DNA of 63,357 nucleotides, the filler included, from Octopus bimaculoides (taxonomy: Eukaryota), in NCBI RefSeq assembly GCF_001194135.2. It is 4 parts of 3 records of this genome, joined end to end, with 100 filler letters (N's around TTAATTAATTAA, not from the genome) between each part and the next. Parts side by side here need not be neighbours in the genome. Positions count along the whole stretch, not along the records: positions 10,232 to 37,025 come from NC_068983.1; positions 37,126 to 49,054 come from NC_068983.1; 2 more parts are not named here. One strand, given 5' to 3'. Numbering within the stretch: position 1 is the first letter of the stretch; every line of letters starts with the position of its first letter. Position numbers and translations under genes: made by a program. Shown here one piece after another: positions 23,058 through 37,172 of this stretch. A model generated the notes under the pieces. It did not search any database, was not told the origin of the DNA, and saw only the letters and a program-made list of their open reading frames with translations.

Positions 23058-23419
23058 GTAACACCAACCAACTCGAGTTAGTAAACAGGTCCCCCAGGAA
23101 GGAAATTTGGTAGATATGTATGTATGGATAGAAGTTTGTATATATGTACATATGAACCTATGTACATACATTATTTCATTAAATTCGGCATTAACGCCTA
23201 TGTACATACATACACACATACATAAGTCTGCATGTACAGAAATAGATATTGCAGTGATTTTGATAATGAATATCAACAATATCAATGAGGGAAAATAGTT
23301 CAGGGTAGTGTTCAGTGTTTGGCTATGATGCTTCAATATACTCTAAGAATAAATCTAGAGATTCTTTTAGCCAATGTAGTGCATGTACAGAGATGAAAAC
23401 CACTTGTCTAATACAATAT

Positions 23420-24030
23420 CTTAATGGACAGAAAAAGTGGGATCTGCCAGCTCCTTTGTACATCCTCACTTCCTTTCAACAAATTTCCATTTACATCCTT
23501 CACCCTTTCTTCCCTTCCTCCAACCACCTTTCTTACCCTCTGTACCCCTTTCCAAAATATCCTTTTATTTCTTACAAAATGTTTGCTCAACTTTATCTCG
23601 AACTCTTTACTCATCTCCCATTTCACCACCCTCACCACTCTCTTTACTCTCCTCTTCACTTCTCTGTAGCGATTATAAGCCTCTCCATCCTTTATCTGCA
23701 ACCACTCTTCAAAGGCCCTTTTCTTCTCTTACCTGCTAATTCTGCCATTCACTACCTTTCCTAACACCCAATCCAACCACTCATGTACCACATACCTCAG
23801 AGGCACATCTTATTACTGCCTTTCTAAAAGCCTCCCACTCCTCCACATCTCCTACCTCCAGTTTCTTAACCTGTTCATATTTACCTCTCAGTTTCTCTAC
23901 ATACTTCTGCTCATTCTCTCTCCTATCCAGTTCACTTACCTTCATAACCTCTCTCCTCCCTGTCGCTCATCTAGCATTCCATTTTGAGCATACCTTCAAC
24001 TTACCCTGTACTAAGAAGTGATCTGACACT
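23420..24030 (-). mobile_element. RTE-clade LINE internal fragment (end of AP endonuclease and inter-domain region)
   Basis: Minus strand GVSDHFLV, then KRIFWKGVQRVRK..VKDVNGNLL..EDVQRSW, with stops and frameshifts. Confidence 0.75.
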
Positions 24031-24116
24031 CCTCCACCTTCACCTCTCATTACATGCACATCCACCAAGCCTTCCTACCACTCTCTTGTCAATTAATGCA
24101 TAATCCATCAAGGTGG

Positions 24117-24153
<37 letters not shown>

Positions 24154-24974
24154 AAGGAGGAGGAGGAGGGTGTTACTATAAGGGTAATAATGACAATGAT
24201 GGTGGTGATAATGATAATGATGGTAGCAGTGATGACAATAGTGAAAGGTTCGATATTCATTATATTTTACATCACACATGAACTAGCTTAAGTGTGTGTG
24301 TGGGGGGGGGGGCATGTGTGTGTGAAACTAGAACTGCTAAGTTGTATGCTATTGTCTTTTGATCAAGAAGTCCTAAACTTGCCTCCTGAATCAGTAACTT
24401 CCTACAAGGCACAGATCAAAATATGATTCAGATTACATCTAACAAATCTCCACTCAATTATCGAGTTTCTAAATAATATAATAAATGACATCACATAGTT
24501 TAAAATGTAATGTCGGTTATCAGATATATGATAAAATACATGTGGATCTGCTGATTTTATTTTTAAGTGATCCAAGTTGTTAGGATATTAGAGTACCAGC
24601 TGAAGGTTTAGTAGTTCGTATTCTATTGCCAAATTTTAGCTTATAGTCAAGATACTTAATTCTCAAATGGTTCAGTCCACCTGTCTGAAAATAGATTCTG
24701 CAGGGCAATAACAACTTTGGTAGCAATCTAATATATTAAAAAATGCTTCATTAGGGTGGTCATGTAGTTCAGAAATTTACTTAAATCACATAATTCTAAG
24801 TTCAATCCCATACCTCACAATGCACCACCTTGAGTAAGTGTCTTGGGTTGATCTAAACACTTTAAATAAAACTGACCAAGCAGAAACTGTACAGATCTCA
24901 TTGAATGGGCCATTTGTATTATGGATGGGGTAGACTTAAATCATCACAGTTTGATACCACAAAAGGCACCTAAG

Positions 24975-25480
24975 GGTCAGATATCTTTTTATTATAGCCA
25001 CACAGGGCTAAATACAGAAAATGGACAAATTACAAAGTAGAGCTTTTGGGGGGAGGGATAATTTGGATCAAAAGGGATCGCGGGAAGAAAAAATTAAAAA
25101 AAAAAAAAACGTGGGAGGGGGCGATCAATAGGGATCGTGTATCACAGTCGATGTAAAAAACGGGGAACAGATTAGGTTTATCCGTGGAGAGAAAAGCCTA
25201 CGGAAAAGACCACGGTCACCTCAGGCTTTTTTTTTTTAAGGTACATGAAAGTAAGTACCTTCTCTCTTTTTGTCTCTTTTTGTTACAAGTCTATGCTTAA
25301 AATGGTGTCGTCTTTCATTCTTACCATTCTTGCCACATTTACCCATTTTTTATTGAAACTTTCATTCGACAACACTTTCCTCTCTATCCTCATCCTCCTT
25401 TTCAAGTGGTACTTGAAAAAGTTGACGAGGGACTGACCAGAGAGGAAAGTGTTTGTTTGTAGACCTTTCAAACGCGTCTA
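24975..25480 (-). mobile_element. Probable L1/Tx1-like LINE 3' end
   Basis: ORF end LVNFFKYHLKRRMRIERKVLSNESFNKKWVNV resembles Tx1-type ORF2 C-termini (recall), followed by a CpG-containing UTR and an AATAAA-like signal near 25000. Confidence 0.5.
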
Positions 25481-26626
25481 CTGAAATGAATTGGTATGCC
25501 CACATATAACATCCCAAAGTACATCTTTTTGCTGAAATGAATTGATAGGTCCACATATAACATCCCAAGGTACATCTTTTCTTTGATGAAATTATGCTCA
25601 TGTCACAAAAATGCAAATTTAATATGCAAATTTGTAATTAAATTATCGAGTATGAATTGAAACAGCTATAGAGATAGAAGCAGGAGAGATCATGAATTGG
25701 ACACTTTAAACATGAAACATCGAAGATGACCAATTTGTTAATAATAAATAATTGTTAACTTCTTTATCTCAATTTTCTTTTCTTCTTTTAACTGGATATA
25801 AACTATTTGCTTAATATATACCTATTGTTTTAAAGGAATTTCATTCCCCAACAATACTAGGTATTGAATCAGTGTTTCCTTAGATACAACCATCCCTTCA
25901 CGAGGCTAACATATCCTCCAATTAAATATATGTGTGTGCATGCNNNNNNNNNNNNNNNNNNNNNNNNNNNNNNNNNNNNNNNNNNNNNNNNNNNNNNNNN
26001 NNNNNNNNNNNNNNNNNNNNNNNNNNNNNNNNNNNNNNNNNNNNNNNNNNNNNNNNNNNNNNNNNNNNNNNNNNNNNNNNNNNNNNNNNNNNNNNNNNNN
26101 NNNNNNNNNNNNNNNNNNNNNNNNNNNNNNNNNNNNNNNNNNNNNNNNNNNNNNNNNNNNNNNNNNNNNNNNNNNNNNNNNNNNNNNNNNNNNNNNNNNN
26201 NNNNNNNNNNNNNNNNNNNNNNNNNNNNNNNNNNNNNNNNNNNNNNNNNNNNNNNNNNNNNNNNNNNNNNNNNNNNNNNNNNNNNNNNNNNNNNNNNNNN
26301 NNNNNNNNNNNNNNNNNNNNNNNNNNNNNNNNNNNNNNNNNNNNNNNNNNNNNNNNNNNNNNNNNNNNNNNNNNNNNNNNNNNNNNNNNNNNNNNNNNNN
26401 NNNNNNNNNNNNNNNNNNAATATTTTAATTATTAAAATGTATTTTTAAGTGTATATGATTTGAAAAATATGAGTTGTTCATAGAGTAAATATTTATATTT
26501 AGCTTTCTTTAAACAGACAATATTTTAATTATTTAGAAATATTTTTAAGTGATGATTTAAAAGAAAATATTTTTTGAGGTAATAGGAATAGTTTTTAAGG
26601 TGAATATGATTTTCTATTCTTAGATC

Positions 26627-26915
26627 ATGCCTCGACGAAGGAAGAAAGAAAACATCTGGTTGGTCTATAGATAGTGGGAAGACAGTAGGGCTAAGGAGAG
26701 CAAGATAGTGGTGAATGCCAACAAGATCAGGACAGGCATGCGAATAGAAGGATCAACGAGGCTGATAAAGGAAGGGCTGAGCAGCTGGTGGAACAGAGAG
26801 AAAGAGACAGAAGCAGGAGAGATCATGAATTGGATGCTCAGAGAGCTGAGCATCTGGCAGAAAGAGGGAAAGAGATAGAAGCAGGAGAGATCATGAATTG
26901 GACACTTTAAACCAG
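26627..26915 (+). mobile_element. Probable Helitron Rep/Hel N-terminal remnant
   Basis: Acceptor ttttctattcttag, then ATG CCT CGA CGA AGG AAG (MPRRRK) and, after frameshift, ..RAEQLVEQRERDRSRRDHELDAQRAEHLAER, resembling the charged repeats at Helitron N-termini. A 42-bp block is duplicated at about 25670. Confidence 0.45.
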
Positions 26916-27060
26916 ACCTATGATAACAAAAAATGAATTGAAATATTTAACTGAATCATCATAAAATTAACTTTCAATGCATTGTTGAAATCAGCTTCAA
27001 TGTTTTATAACCTGAACCATCAGTGATCCAATGGGTCATGGGTAATCTAGTATATACTGA

Positions 27061-27170
27061 GTTTAACACGTATTTTCTTAGCCTTAATTCTTAAACCTTA
27101 TATTTGACTTATATATATATATGTCAAATATAAGGGTTAAGAATTAAGGCTAAGAAAATACGTGTTAAAC
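27061..27170. repeat. Near-perfect hairpin: 48-bp arms around a (TA)n loop
   Basis: 27061-27108 versus reverse complement of 27123-27170: one mismatch. Confidence 0.9.
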
Positions 27171-28299
27171 ACAGCATGGAAACTTTATTTCAGGGTAAGT
27201 CCCAGGCCGTGTGTCTGCAGAGCACATTCACCACTTGTGGCTACCAGGCATCATCAGCAACACCTAGCAAACATCATTGTAACAATTCTAGGAATTCCAG
27301 GATGGACACTGGGTATATATTAAAGATAAATAAAGATGATACAATGTACCAAGAAAGAATTTATATATTACCACAACAATTGTTTCATCTTCAAGATGCA
27401 CTGCTCCCTTGTGGGTGTGAAATGATGCAACACACAGTGCATAGAAGACTCCTCAGGAGGGATAATATGGTTTTAAGCTGGGAAATTTACATTTGAGTTT
27501 CACTGTATTAAGAGATTTTAACAGCTAGACAGACACACAGACAGCAGGCATACATTCATACATTTAAATCAATAAAAAAACAAGTAAGCACACGCATTAA
27601 TAATTATACTCATGGGTACACACATGTATGTGTGTCAGTCAATCACACATGCACACAACTATACACATATACACAAACACACCTACACACAGAGATACAT
27701 CCCTCAGGGCACAAAGATTCACCCACCCACACACACAGAGACACCACATCAACACTGCCACACTAGAGCATATGCTTGCACACACACACAGAGGCACACT
27801 CACACACCCATGCGCACTACCACACCCACACCACAGGACATAATAATCCAAATGTACATTGACACCCACAGTCTCACATGTCTGCAGGCAAGTACACTTA
27901 TACACTCACACAATTATACACACATACATTCAGACAGATATACACATGTACACATCAGCACACACTAGAGACTTCCACTCAGCACATACATACATACATG
28001 GGCGTATAGAAACACGTTGACTCTGCAAATACATGCACACAGATTGCACACACTCACAAAACTACTCAGACACATGTGTAGGCACAGAATAAACAGCACA
28101 TGGGCAAAAGACCACCCACCTGTCCATGGGCACATAGCAATTTATTGAATGATAGCATGGTGTTCACTATTCAATATGGATTATGGCAGTTTGGTGCTGT
28201 GTTTATGGGATGGTAGTATTTGAAGGTGACTTTCATGGCATGTAAACAATATTTAATCCATTCAGTTAATTTTTTAATGACTTTTTCCCTAGTAAGTAA

Positions 28300-28650
28300 A
28301 ATTGATAGGGATTCTTCAGAGCACAAACCACAGGTCCTAGAATGTGAGTTGTAAGGTTTTGCATATTTTATAATTGACCATGAAATTTCATATTAATGTT
28401 GTTGGTTTTCAGTTGCCAGAGAAAATCCGACAGTGATGTCACATGTCTCTTGTGCAGTTTTTTGAAACTAAAAACATGATTTCTATATCAATGCTTGAAA
28501 GAATCAGCTGTGGAACCAACATACACATAAGAGCCTCCCCTCGTGTGCACAGTGCATTTATAGATGCTGTTAAGAGTCATGCAAAGATTATCCAATGGGC
28601 ATTTACCCTTTTGGTCACATTGCCTTGAAGCAATATCAAGTAGTGAATAT
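28300..28650 (-). pseudogene. Second decayed PLE GIY-YIG fragment of the CxCX5C type
   Basis: QCDQKGKCPLDNLC..SIYKCTV..YVGSTADSFKH*YRNHVFSF..TSLSDFLWQLK parallels the 22200 ORF. Confidence 0.8.
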
Positions 28651-30809
28651 TGTTTAGTCTTGCAGGGTACAAGGCACTGGTACCTCAAAAACATACACCT
28701 AGTACACTTTAAAGTGATTGGCAAATAAATGGAAACACTGTCAGACCAAGAGAACTCTTTAGTATTACCAAAAATACAACAATGTCTTTAGTGCTGGTAC
28801 CATGATAAAATATATCTAGTACATTCTATAAAGTGGTTCATATATGGAAAGTCATCTAGCTGTAGAAACCAAACCAAAAATAGAACATAAGAGTAAGAAG
28901 TGATCCTCTGACCAGTCTAAAAAGGCTGTAACTTGCCCTGAACTGACTAAACTTATTATCAAAGGCATTCCAGTCTCAAATATTCAGTTTTTTCCCTATA
29001 TATTCTAACACTACATTGTCCAGTTTACCCCTCCCGTAATTTAAAGAAATTTAATGATAGAGTGACCACATAGAATGCATCCTCTGTGCTTTAATGGTGT
29101 TGGTGATGGCAGTTTTTGGGGTAATGATAGCAATGGTGATGGCAATGAGAGTTCAGCTGTATTTATTTCATTATGCTAGCAATAAACAAGGATTCAGTAC
29201 AGAAAACACTAGAAATAATGAAAACAGTGGAGGGAAATGTACAGAACATGAGGAAGAGCAGAAGAAAGAGGTGGTGGGAAGTCAGAGGGGAAGAGGAATG
29301 AGGCAGAGGAGGAAAAAGAATGAAAATGAAATATAGAAAATGAAGAAATTAGTAATCGATGTTTAAATTTTGATCAGTATTCTTTACTTCAGGCTTTGAT
29401 TACAGACATTAAATGATATCTGCTTAGAGACAGACAAACAGACAATATTTTCCATAAAAATAAATAACACACACACACACACACATCATCATCATTAATG
29501 TCTAGCTTCTATGCTGGTATGGGTTGCACAGTTCAACAGTCTGACAAGTCACAAGACTGTATCATGCTGCAATGTCTACTTTGAAATGGTTTCTATGGTT
29601 GGATGCTCTTCCTAACACCAACCACTTTACAGAGTGTATTGGGTGCTTTTCTCACGGTAACAGTACTACTAAAGTGAGGAACAATAGAAGAGAGAGGGTC
29701 AACCAGTTTACCCTTATGCTAATTTGAAATGTCATAAGTAAGATTTGGTATATGTTTTGAACTTAGAAAAGCTTTAAACCTTGGTTTTTATTTTCTCTTG
29801 GTCAGTTAATATATATCTTTCTGACATTTCAAATGCTTAGAAGTTCACTCATGAAGGATTATATACATTTTGTCTATTTGAATGGAATCAACATGCCTAT
29901 GAAGTGTTATAAATCTATATATTGCAATGCATATATGCTTTTCAAGTCCATAAGTGTTTTGAATAATTATGTCTGTCAAGATGAACAAATAATAATAATA
30001 ATAATAATTTTATTTTATTGCATATGTTACATATCATCATATATACATGTATATTCATGTGGTGAAAATTTCTGTCAGGTGTCCTTCAATTACTTTTAAG
30101 CATCTTTACTGTTTTAACACCTACTTTTGTAGCTTTCTGTTATAAACAGTGAAAGCACTGTATAATTAACAAGTATTTTGAATGTTTTGATGATTTGTAG
30201 AGCATGAACTTAAATTATTAGATATAATTTATTTCTTTTCTTTTCTCCTCAGTTAGTTAGAGGAAGAACAGCAAAATGGGTGCCTGTAGCAGCATGTGTT
30301 CAGAGAGCTTACCAATGACACTGTGACACCTACTTTCATTCTAACATGGAATGTTTCATTGGTTGTTTTGCCTTTCTTGGTTATAGCCATTTATAGTTTG
30401 CAACACAACAGAAACATCAAAAATCAAGTGATGTCTGTGCCTGAAGCTTTTTGAAGTGAGGAAAGGCCTTTAACAGGGCTAACCCCACTCTCTAAACAAT
30501 GTACACATTTGCCCCAAAACAAGAAATAGTCTACATCATTGGATGCAAATGAGGTCGCATCAGAGGTTTGCTTCTCATAGAGAGATGTCTAAGCAAAAAC
30601 TAGAGCTTTTTCATTCCCTACTTTTGGATGATCATTGACTCTGGTGAGTTCATCCCCCGCTTTAATCTTCCTTTTTTGTCCTACAAAGTGTCCAACAAAA
30701 ACCACCCTTCTTACCAAGCAAGAAGCTTGATAGGGTTGCTGGTTTAGTTGCCAACAATCTTACCATGCAACAGGTTATACTAGGTTACATATAGCAAAAA
30801 GGGTGAATT

Positions 30810-30852
<43 letters not shown>

Positions 30853-32169
30853 ACACACACACACACCCCTACAGGCATACAATGCATAGAAGCATATATG
30901 TATACATATATATACACAATTGTGCATATATATATATCCTATATATGTGTATGTGTGTGTATGTATGTATATCCACGCGACTATTTCTAGCCTTTCTTCT
31001 TTCTCCTTTCTCTCTCTCTCTCTCTCTCTCACTCTCTCTTTCTCCTCTGCTCTGCTCTGCGTCTCTTCTGTCTGCTGCTGACACATGACTTGTGGCTAGC
31101 CTTTTTTTTCTTTCTCTCTCTTTTTTACATTAGTCGCATTACTCCTAAATTCTCTAGTCCTCACTGGTACTTGTCTGTCCTGTTTCTAATCCTTTAGGAT
31201 TCCCCACTAAATGTTACCCATGATTTGTTTTTATCTAGCCCTAGGACTGTATTCTGTTCATTTCTTATTTATTTTATCTTCATCCACTGTCTTGAATTAC
31301 ATTTATTCACTTTCGTATATCTACTTCTGTATCGCCTGTAATACATATACATATAGTTTGTTTGTTCTCAGTCCAATATTCTCCACAACCCTTGTAGATA
31401 CCACCAGCTGGGAAGCATCATAGTCTTATCATTAATGGTGCAAAACTGTAATACCCTTTGGATGATAGCTGATGAGGTATTTAGGGACCTTCTGTGTCTG
31501 CTTTCCATTCATTTGTGCACTTAATATGTTTTTCCATTTATCTGTGCATTTATTGTTCGTTTTTTAACTTGCTATATGTGTCTGTATTTCATTTGTGCAT
31601 TTACTATACATTTTTTACTTATTAAGTAACGAAATGCAACACATCCTGGTTTATATATATATATATATATATATATCATCATCATCATCATCATCATTTA
31701 ACATCTGTTTTCCATTCTGGCATTGACTGGACAATTTGACAGGAGCAGTCAAGGTTGAGAACTGCACCAGGCTCCATTGTCTATTCTGGCATGGTTTCTA
31801 CAGCTTGATACCATTCCAGATGCCAACCACTTTACAGAGCGTACTGGGTACTTTTTACATGGCACCATCACCAACAAGGTCACCAACTACCTTGCTAGAC
31901 AAAACTCCCTCAACTGGGGGGGGCTAGTAGTATTGTATCAGCTGAAAATTTTTTAGAAGTATAGAGGGACAGAGAAAGACATCTTGCTGTAGAGTAGATA
32001 CATGGATACCCCAGTTCGAAAAGAAAGGAGGGTGAGTTAGAGAGTAAGATACAGAGAGCAGGTGAGTGACAGTGAGAGAGACGGTGGTGAAGATGTACTA
32101 GGACATGCCCTCTGGTACATTGTGGGGGAGGGGTAGAAATAAGTGAAGTGATACAGAGCTTGAGATCAC

Positions 32170-32560
32170 CTTCAATATTTTGTTCCATGTCTTTCTAGGT
32201 CTCCCTTTTTCACAAGTCCCATCCATCTCAAATGATCAGCATTTCTTTATGCAACTGTCCTCATCCATACACATCACATGACCAAACCAGCACAGTCTTC
32301 TCTCTTGCCCATTGCTTCTCATTCCTTTTATGTCTAACTTTTCTCTCAATACACTAGCACTCTGCCACACATGTACACTAACCCTGCACATCTGGTGAAG
32401 CATACTAGCCTCATTCCACTCTAACTTTTGCATGTCCTCTGCATTCAGGGTCCACATCTCACTACCATGTAAAATCGCTGTTCATATACATGCATCATAC
32501 AATCTTCCTTTCACTCAGAGAGAGAGAGAGAGAAAGAAAGAGAGATCCTTGGTTACCAAC
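32170..32560 (-). mobile_element. RTE-clade LINE 3' fragment
   Basis: MWTLNAEDMQKLEWNEASMLHQMC..LREKL..WFGHVMCMDEDSCIKKC is homologous to 17822-18320. Confidence 0.8.
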
Positions 32561-32958
32561 AGAAGTTTTTGAATTTTCTCCATTGTCTTCTTATTCTAGC
32601 AATTACACACTTGGTATATCCTCCTTCACTGTTAATTAAGTCGCCTAGGTAACAAAAATTATCCACTACCCCTAGAGAGCCTTTGGAGCATTTGTGGATA
32701 TCAATTTCTCATGAATCTGTATACTTTATAGCTCCTCTGAATCTTCCACATACAAACACTACTTTCTCTGTTAACCTTCCTTTTATCCCACTTATACACT
32801 CACTCACATACACATACATACTGGTATAGGCATGGCTGTATTGCTAAGAAGTTCACTTCCCAACCACATGGTTTTGGATTCAATCCCACTGTGTGGAAAT
32901 TTGGCCACATTTCTTCTACTATAACCTTGTGAGTGAATTTGGTAAACCAAAACTGAAC

Positions 32959-33009
<51 letters not shown>

Positions 33010-33313
33010 NNNNNNNNNNNNNNNNNNNNNNNNNNNNNNNNNNNNNNNNNNNNNNNNNNNNNNNNNNNNNNNNNNNNNNNNNNNNNNNNNNNNNNNNNNN
33101 NNNNNNNNNNNNNNNNNNNNNNNNNNNNNNNNNNNNNNNNNNNNNNNNNNNNNNNNNNNNNNNNNNNNNNNNNNNNNNNNNNNNNNNNNNNNNNNNNNNN
33201 NNNNNNNNNNNNNNNNNNNNNNNNNNNNNNNNNNNNNNNNTATATATATATATTGCCAGCCTTCACCTGTTCACAAGCATGTTATGTCACAACAAAGAAA
33301 CAAACACACACGT

Positions 33314-33360
<47 letters not shown>

Positions 33361-33455
33361 TGTGTGCTTGTAAAGATGTGAGGGTTGACAACAGGAAGTG
33401 CATCCAACTTCAGTATGGAAAAATGAATGTTAAAACAATGAGGATGTCAATGATG

Positions 33456-33494
<39 letters not shown>

Positions 33495-34612
33495 ACACAG
33501 AGTTCGGAAAACAAGAAAAATGTGACAGATCGTGTATGCATACGCATACATGCCTATGTATGTCTGTATAAAGAGTCTGTCACATTTCTTAGCATTTTTC
33601 TAACAACTTTCTATTATCATTTGTTTCACAACTGAACAATAAAACAGCAATGAGCCAAACCAACCAACAAATTAACCACCCAGCCATCATAACCAGGCTG
33701 CCTGCATCACCATCTTGACCAACGACAGTTCACTGGCAAGAAAAAAACTCATAGCTGCTTTCTTTTCTGTTCAATCTCAGCTCTCTGATTAGACATACAT
33801 GTGAAGATTCAGTGTTCAGCTGTGAAAGTGGAGACGGAGATAGTTTCTTTTGCTTAATTAATGTGTTGCTATTATTGATGGTGATGATGCTGCTGTTAAA
33901 AGTACAAGCAATAGTTGTCTTGTTAATGGGTTTGATAGTGGTGTTGCTATCATGGGTGGTGGCGGTGATAGTCATGGTTGTCGTGGTGCTGCTGGTGAGT
34001 TGGATGTGGATTGAGGTACGTATAGAATTTGAAATGAATAGGTGATGGTGGTAGTAGCAGCAAAGGGTAATAGTAAGCAGTGGTAGTAGTAGTTATAGCA
34101 GTGATACCGCTGTTGTTGTTGGTTGTGATAGTAGTAGTGTGAGAGAAAGAGAGAGTGCGTGTGTGCATTGAGACAGAGAGTTTCTAGCTGTTGCAGATGG
34201 CAAGAAATATTGATCAGTGCACACACAACTGCTTGATGGTGCAGCCATCTCTGTTTGGCACCTGCTGCTAACCATCATTAACAATACCATCACCATCACC
34301 AGCAAAACCACCATTACCACAACCAACACCAACATCATCATTACCACAGTCATCACTACTATCACAACTCCACATCTCCAACCACATGGCTAACAACATT
34401 CTATTCACATCCCTTCTTCTTCTTCTTAGCACTTGCTCCTTGATATCTTCATATACTGACCTAAACATATTCTAGCATTATCATACAGACACATATACAG
34501 TTACATATACATTTATACATACACAAGTTGATACATAATAAGTATGTGGTTGTGTACATTATCATACATATACACAAGCAATCAAACAGACACATAGATC
34601 TTAGGTGCTTTT

Positions 34613-34712
<100 letters not shown>

Positions 34713-36044
34713 CAAGGATAGACAGATAAATACTTTCATAGTCATATAAATATAGATTCACACACACACACACACACACACTGCCACAAATACACATATT
34801 TAAACATAAACACATACTGTTTCCAAAACAAAGAAACAATATATACACATTTATCTGAACACAGACATTCTTATATTAAATGTATATTATGTGTAACTTC
34901 CCCACTATCACACACAATCATACCTATACACACTGTATCATACAGAACAACTAACTTGGACATAATATATAACACACACACATGTATCACAGAGGCATAC
35001 TTATCTATGTTGATATATAAACACACCACTTAGCAATACATGAAAGCAGTCTGTTGACTTCTTAAAATCATTATTAAACATACAGTAACTTTCAAATGGT
35101 CATGGTTGTGTTTGTAATATTACTGGTACTCTTAGTTCAATTACATTTAGTGAGCACACTCACACACACACACAAATGTGTGTGCATACATGCAAGTATA
35201 TATTGCTGACTTTAATGCTTTCACATAGAAAAACAATAAAACAAACACTTTGTACTGCCATGTACCCTCCCTTCATCATCCTTAAAGAGTCTCAAACACC
35301 ATTCACTCAGATGCTGTACTAAATACTTGTCCCAAAACCAGTTTCCCCAGAGCTTCAGCCCTACTTCAATTATATCCTCCTCAAACATGTTTTTCCTGCA
35401 TACATCATCCTACAAAAGTCAAAACTTACTATTGACAGCATTGGTCTCACAAATCTTAGAGTGCTTGCAAAGGTCATGTGTTCTGCTCTGTCATGTGTTC
35501 TGCTCTTCCTATGTATATGCAAATGTATATAATTACACAGACAAGCATGAACACACACACACACACACACACTGCTAGAGCACTAATACAGCATGGATTA
35601 TGAATAAATAAATATACATATGTATTCAGTCTTTGTGTGACATTAGGCCATTGAAGGCTTTTTGGCAGCTTCAAATGAAGGAAGAACTTAGTGGTTTCAT
35701 TGTTATTTATTCATTTATTTATAAGGGTTAGCAATTTGGGAGGGAAAGGTGGTAAATGTTTGGCTAATTGTTAGATAATAATGATATGAGTTGGTTCAAA
35801 TCCCATCTCAGGCTGCCAAAAAAGCCCTCACTGTACAACAAATTTGACTTTGATTAAATAGAATAATTATTTGCAACATAATGTTTACCTTAATATGCAC
35901 CATAAATTGTTACATGTACATTCCCACATGTTCTGTAACCTTTCTTAACACATTTTTTAACATTATATGTACGGGACCTTGTGGCAAATAAAGAAAGGAT
36001 CATCACCACCACCACCACCACCATCATCATCATAACAAAAGGTA

Positions 36045-36240
36045 GCCGGCTGGTTGAATTGTTAACATGCCAGAAAAAATGCTAAGCAGTATTTCTTCCA
36101 GCTTTACAGTCAGAGTTCAAATACCACTGATGTCAATTTTACCTTTCATTCTTTCAGGTTGATAAAATAAGCGGAGTATTGGGGAAGGTTAATGTAATCA
36201 ACTAGACTCACACCCAACCCAAATTTCAGGCATTGTACTT
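36045..36240 (+). mobile_element. Diverged SINE family B
   Basis: ggctggttgaattgttaacatgcc...gagttcaaata...acctttcattctttcaggttgataaaataag. Confidence 0.65.
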
Positions 36241-36263
36241 ATAGTTGAAAGAGTTATCTTCAC

Positions 36264-36453
36264 CATGAAGATGGCTGAAACAATAGAGCTCTGGATTGAT
36301 TGCCCTAAAGTATTATTTTCATTTCCCTATCATCTAAATTTAAAACACACTAAGGGTCCATGAAGATGGCAGAAACAACAGAGCACTGGATTGATTGCCC
36401 TAAAGTATTATTTTCATTTCCCTATCATCTAAATTTAAAACACACTAAGGGTC
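36264..36453. repeat. 95-bp tandem duplication
   Basis: catgaagatgg...cactaagggtc occurs at 36264 and 36359 with 3-4 differences. Confidence 0.9.
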
Positions 36454-36989
36454 CTTTTGCTTTACATATATCTAATATTAATAAGATAAATGCCAGGCAT
36501 GTAGAAGGGTCAACTGAAATCAACTAAATCACTCTTTTAGTGGGGTTGCACAGTTTCTGTATAACACAAAACTAAGCTACCCAACAAAGGTCATGTCATC
36601 AATTTACTTTCACCCTTGAGCAAGTATTTACAGGGCATGTGTATGCACTTTCTTGCAATTATCAATTTAGTTTGACTTCAGACACAAGGAATTTATGTAT
36701 ATCTATGAGAACAAGTAAGTATTTTATGAGAGGGTGTGCATGATAGTATATGCATATGTGTATTTGTGTTCATATATATAAGAAATAAAAATGACAAAGG
36801 AATAAGCAATTATATCATGAACTTCATTAGTTTACACCCATTTCTACCAATAAAATGCATTGCATTCATAGTTGAGTGCTTCTGTATCACCCTATAACTT
36901 CATCAAAGATTCAAAAATGAAGTGCAATTATATTTTGGAAATCATTTACAAATACATACACACAAAAAGCATTACCATTAAAAAAACTT

Positions 36990-37025
<36 letters not shown>

Positions 37026-37125
37026 NNNNNNNNNNNNNNNNNNNNNNNNNNNNNNNNNNNNNNNNNNNNTTAATTAATTAANNNNNNNNNNNNNNNNNNN
37101 NNNNNNNNNNNNNNNNNNNNNNNNN

Positions 37126-37172
<47 letters not shown>

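Larger units (their letters stand above)
19231..23060 (+). mobile_element. Near-complete Penelope-like element: inverted terminal segment + pseudo-LTR + RT-EN ORF
   Basis: 19310-19662 is an inverted copy of 20360-20715. EN C-terminus at 19689-19808, RT ORF at 20661-21983, EN ORF at 22168-23057. Confidence 0.9.

Noticed and set aside
31466-31500. CTGATGAGGT...ACC hammerhead-like start
   Set aside because: No GAAA or cleavage triplet follows stem II.
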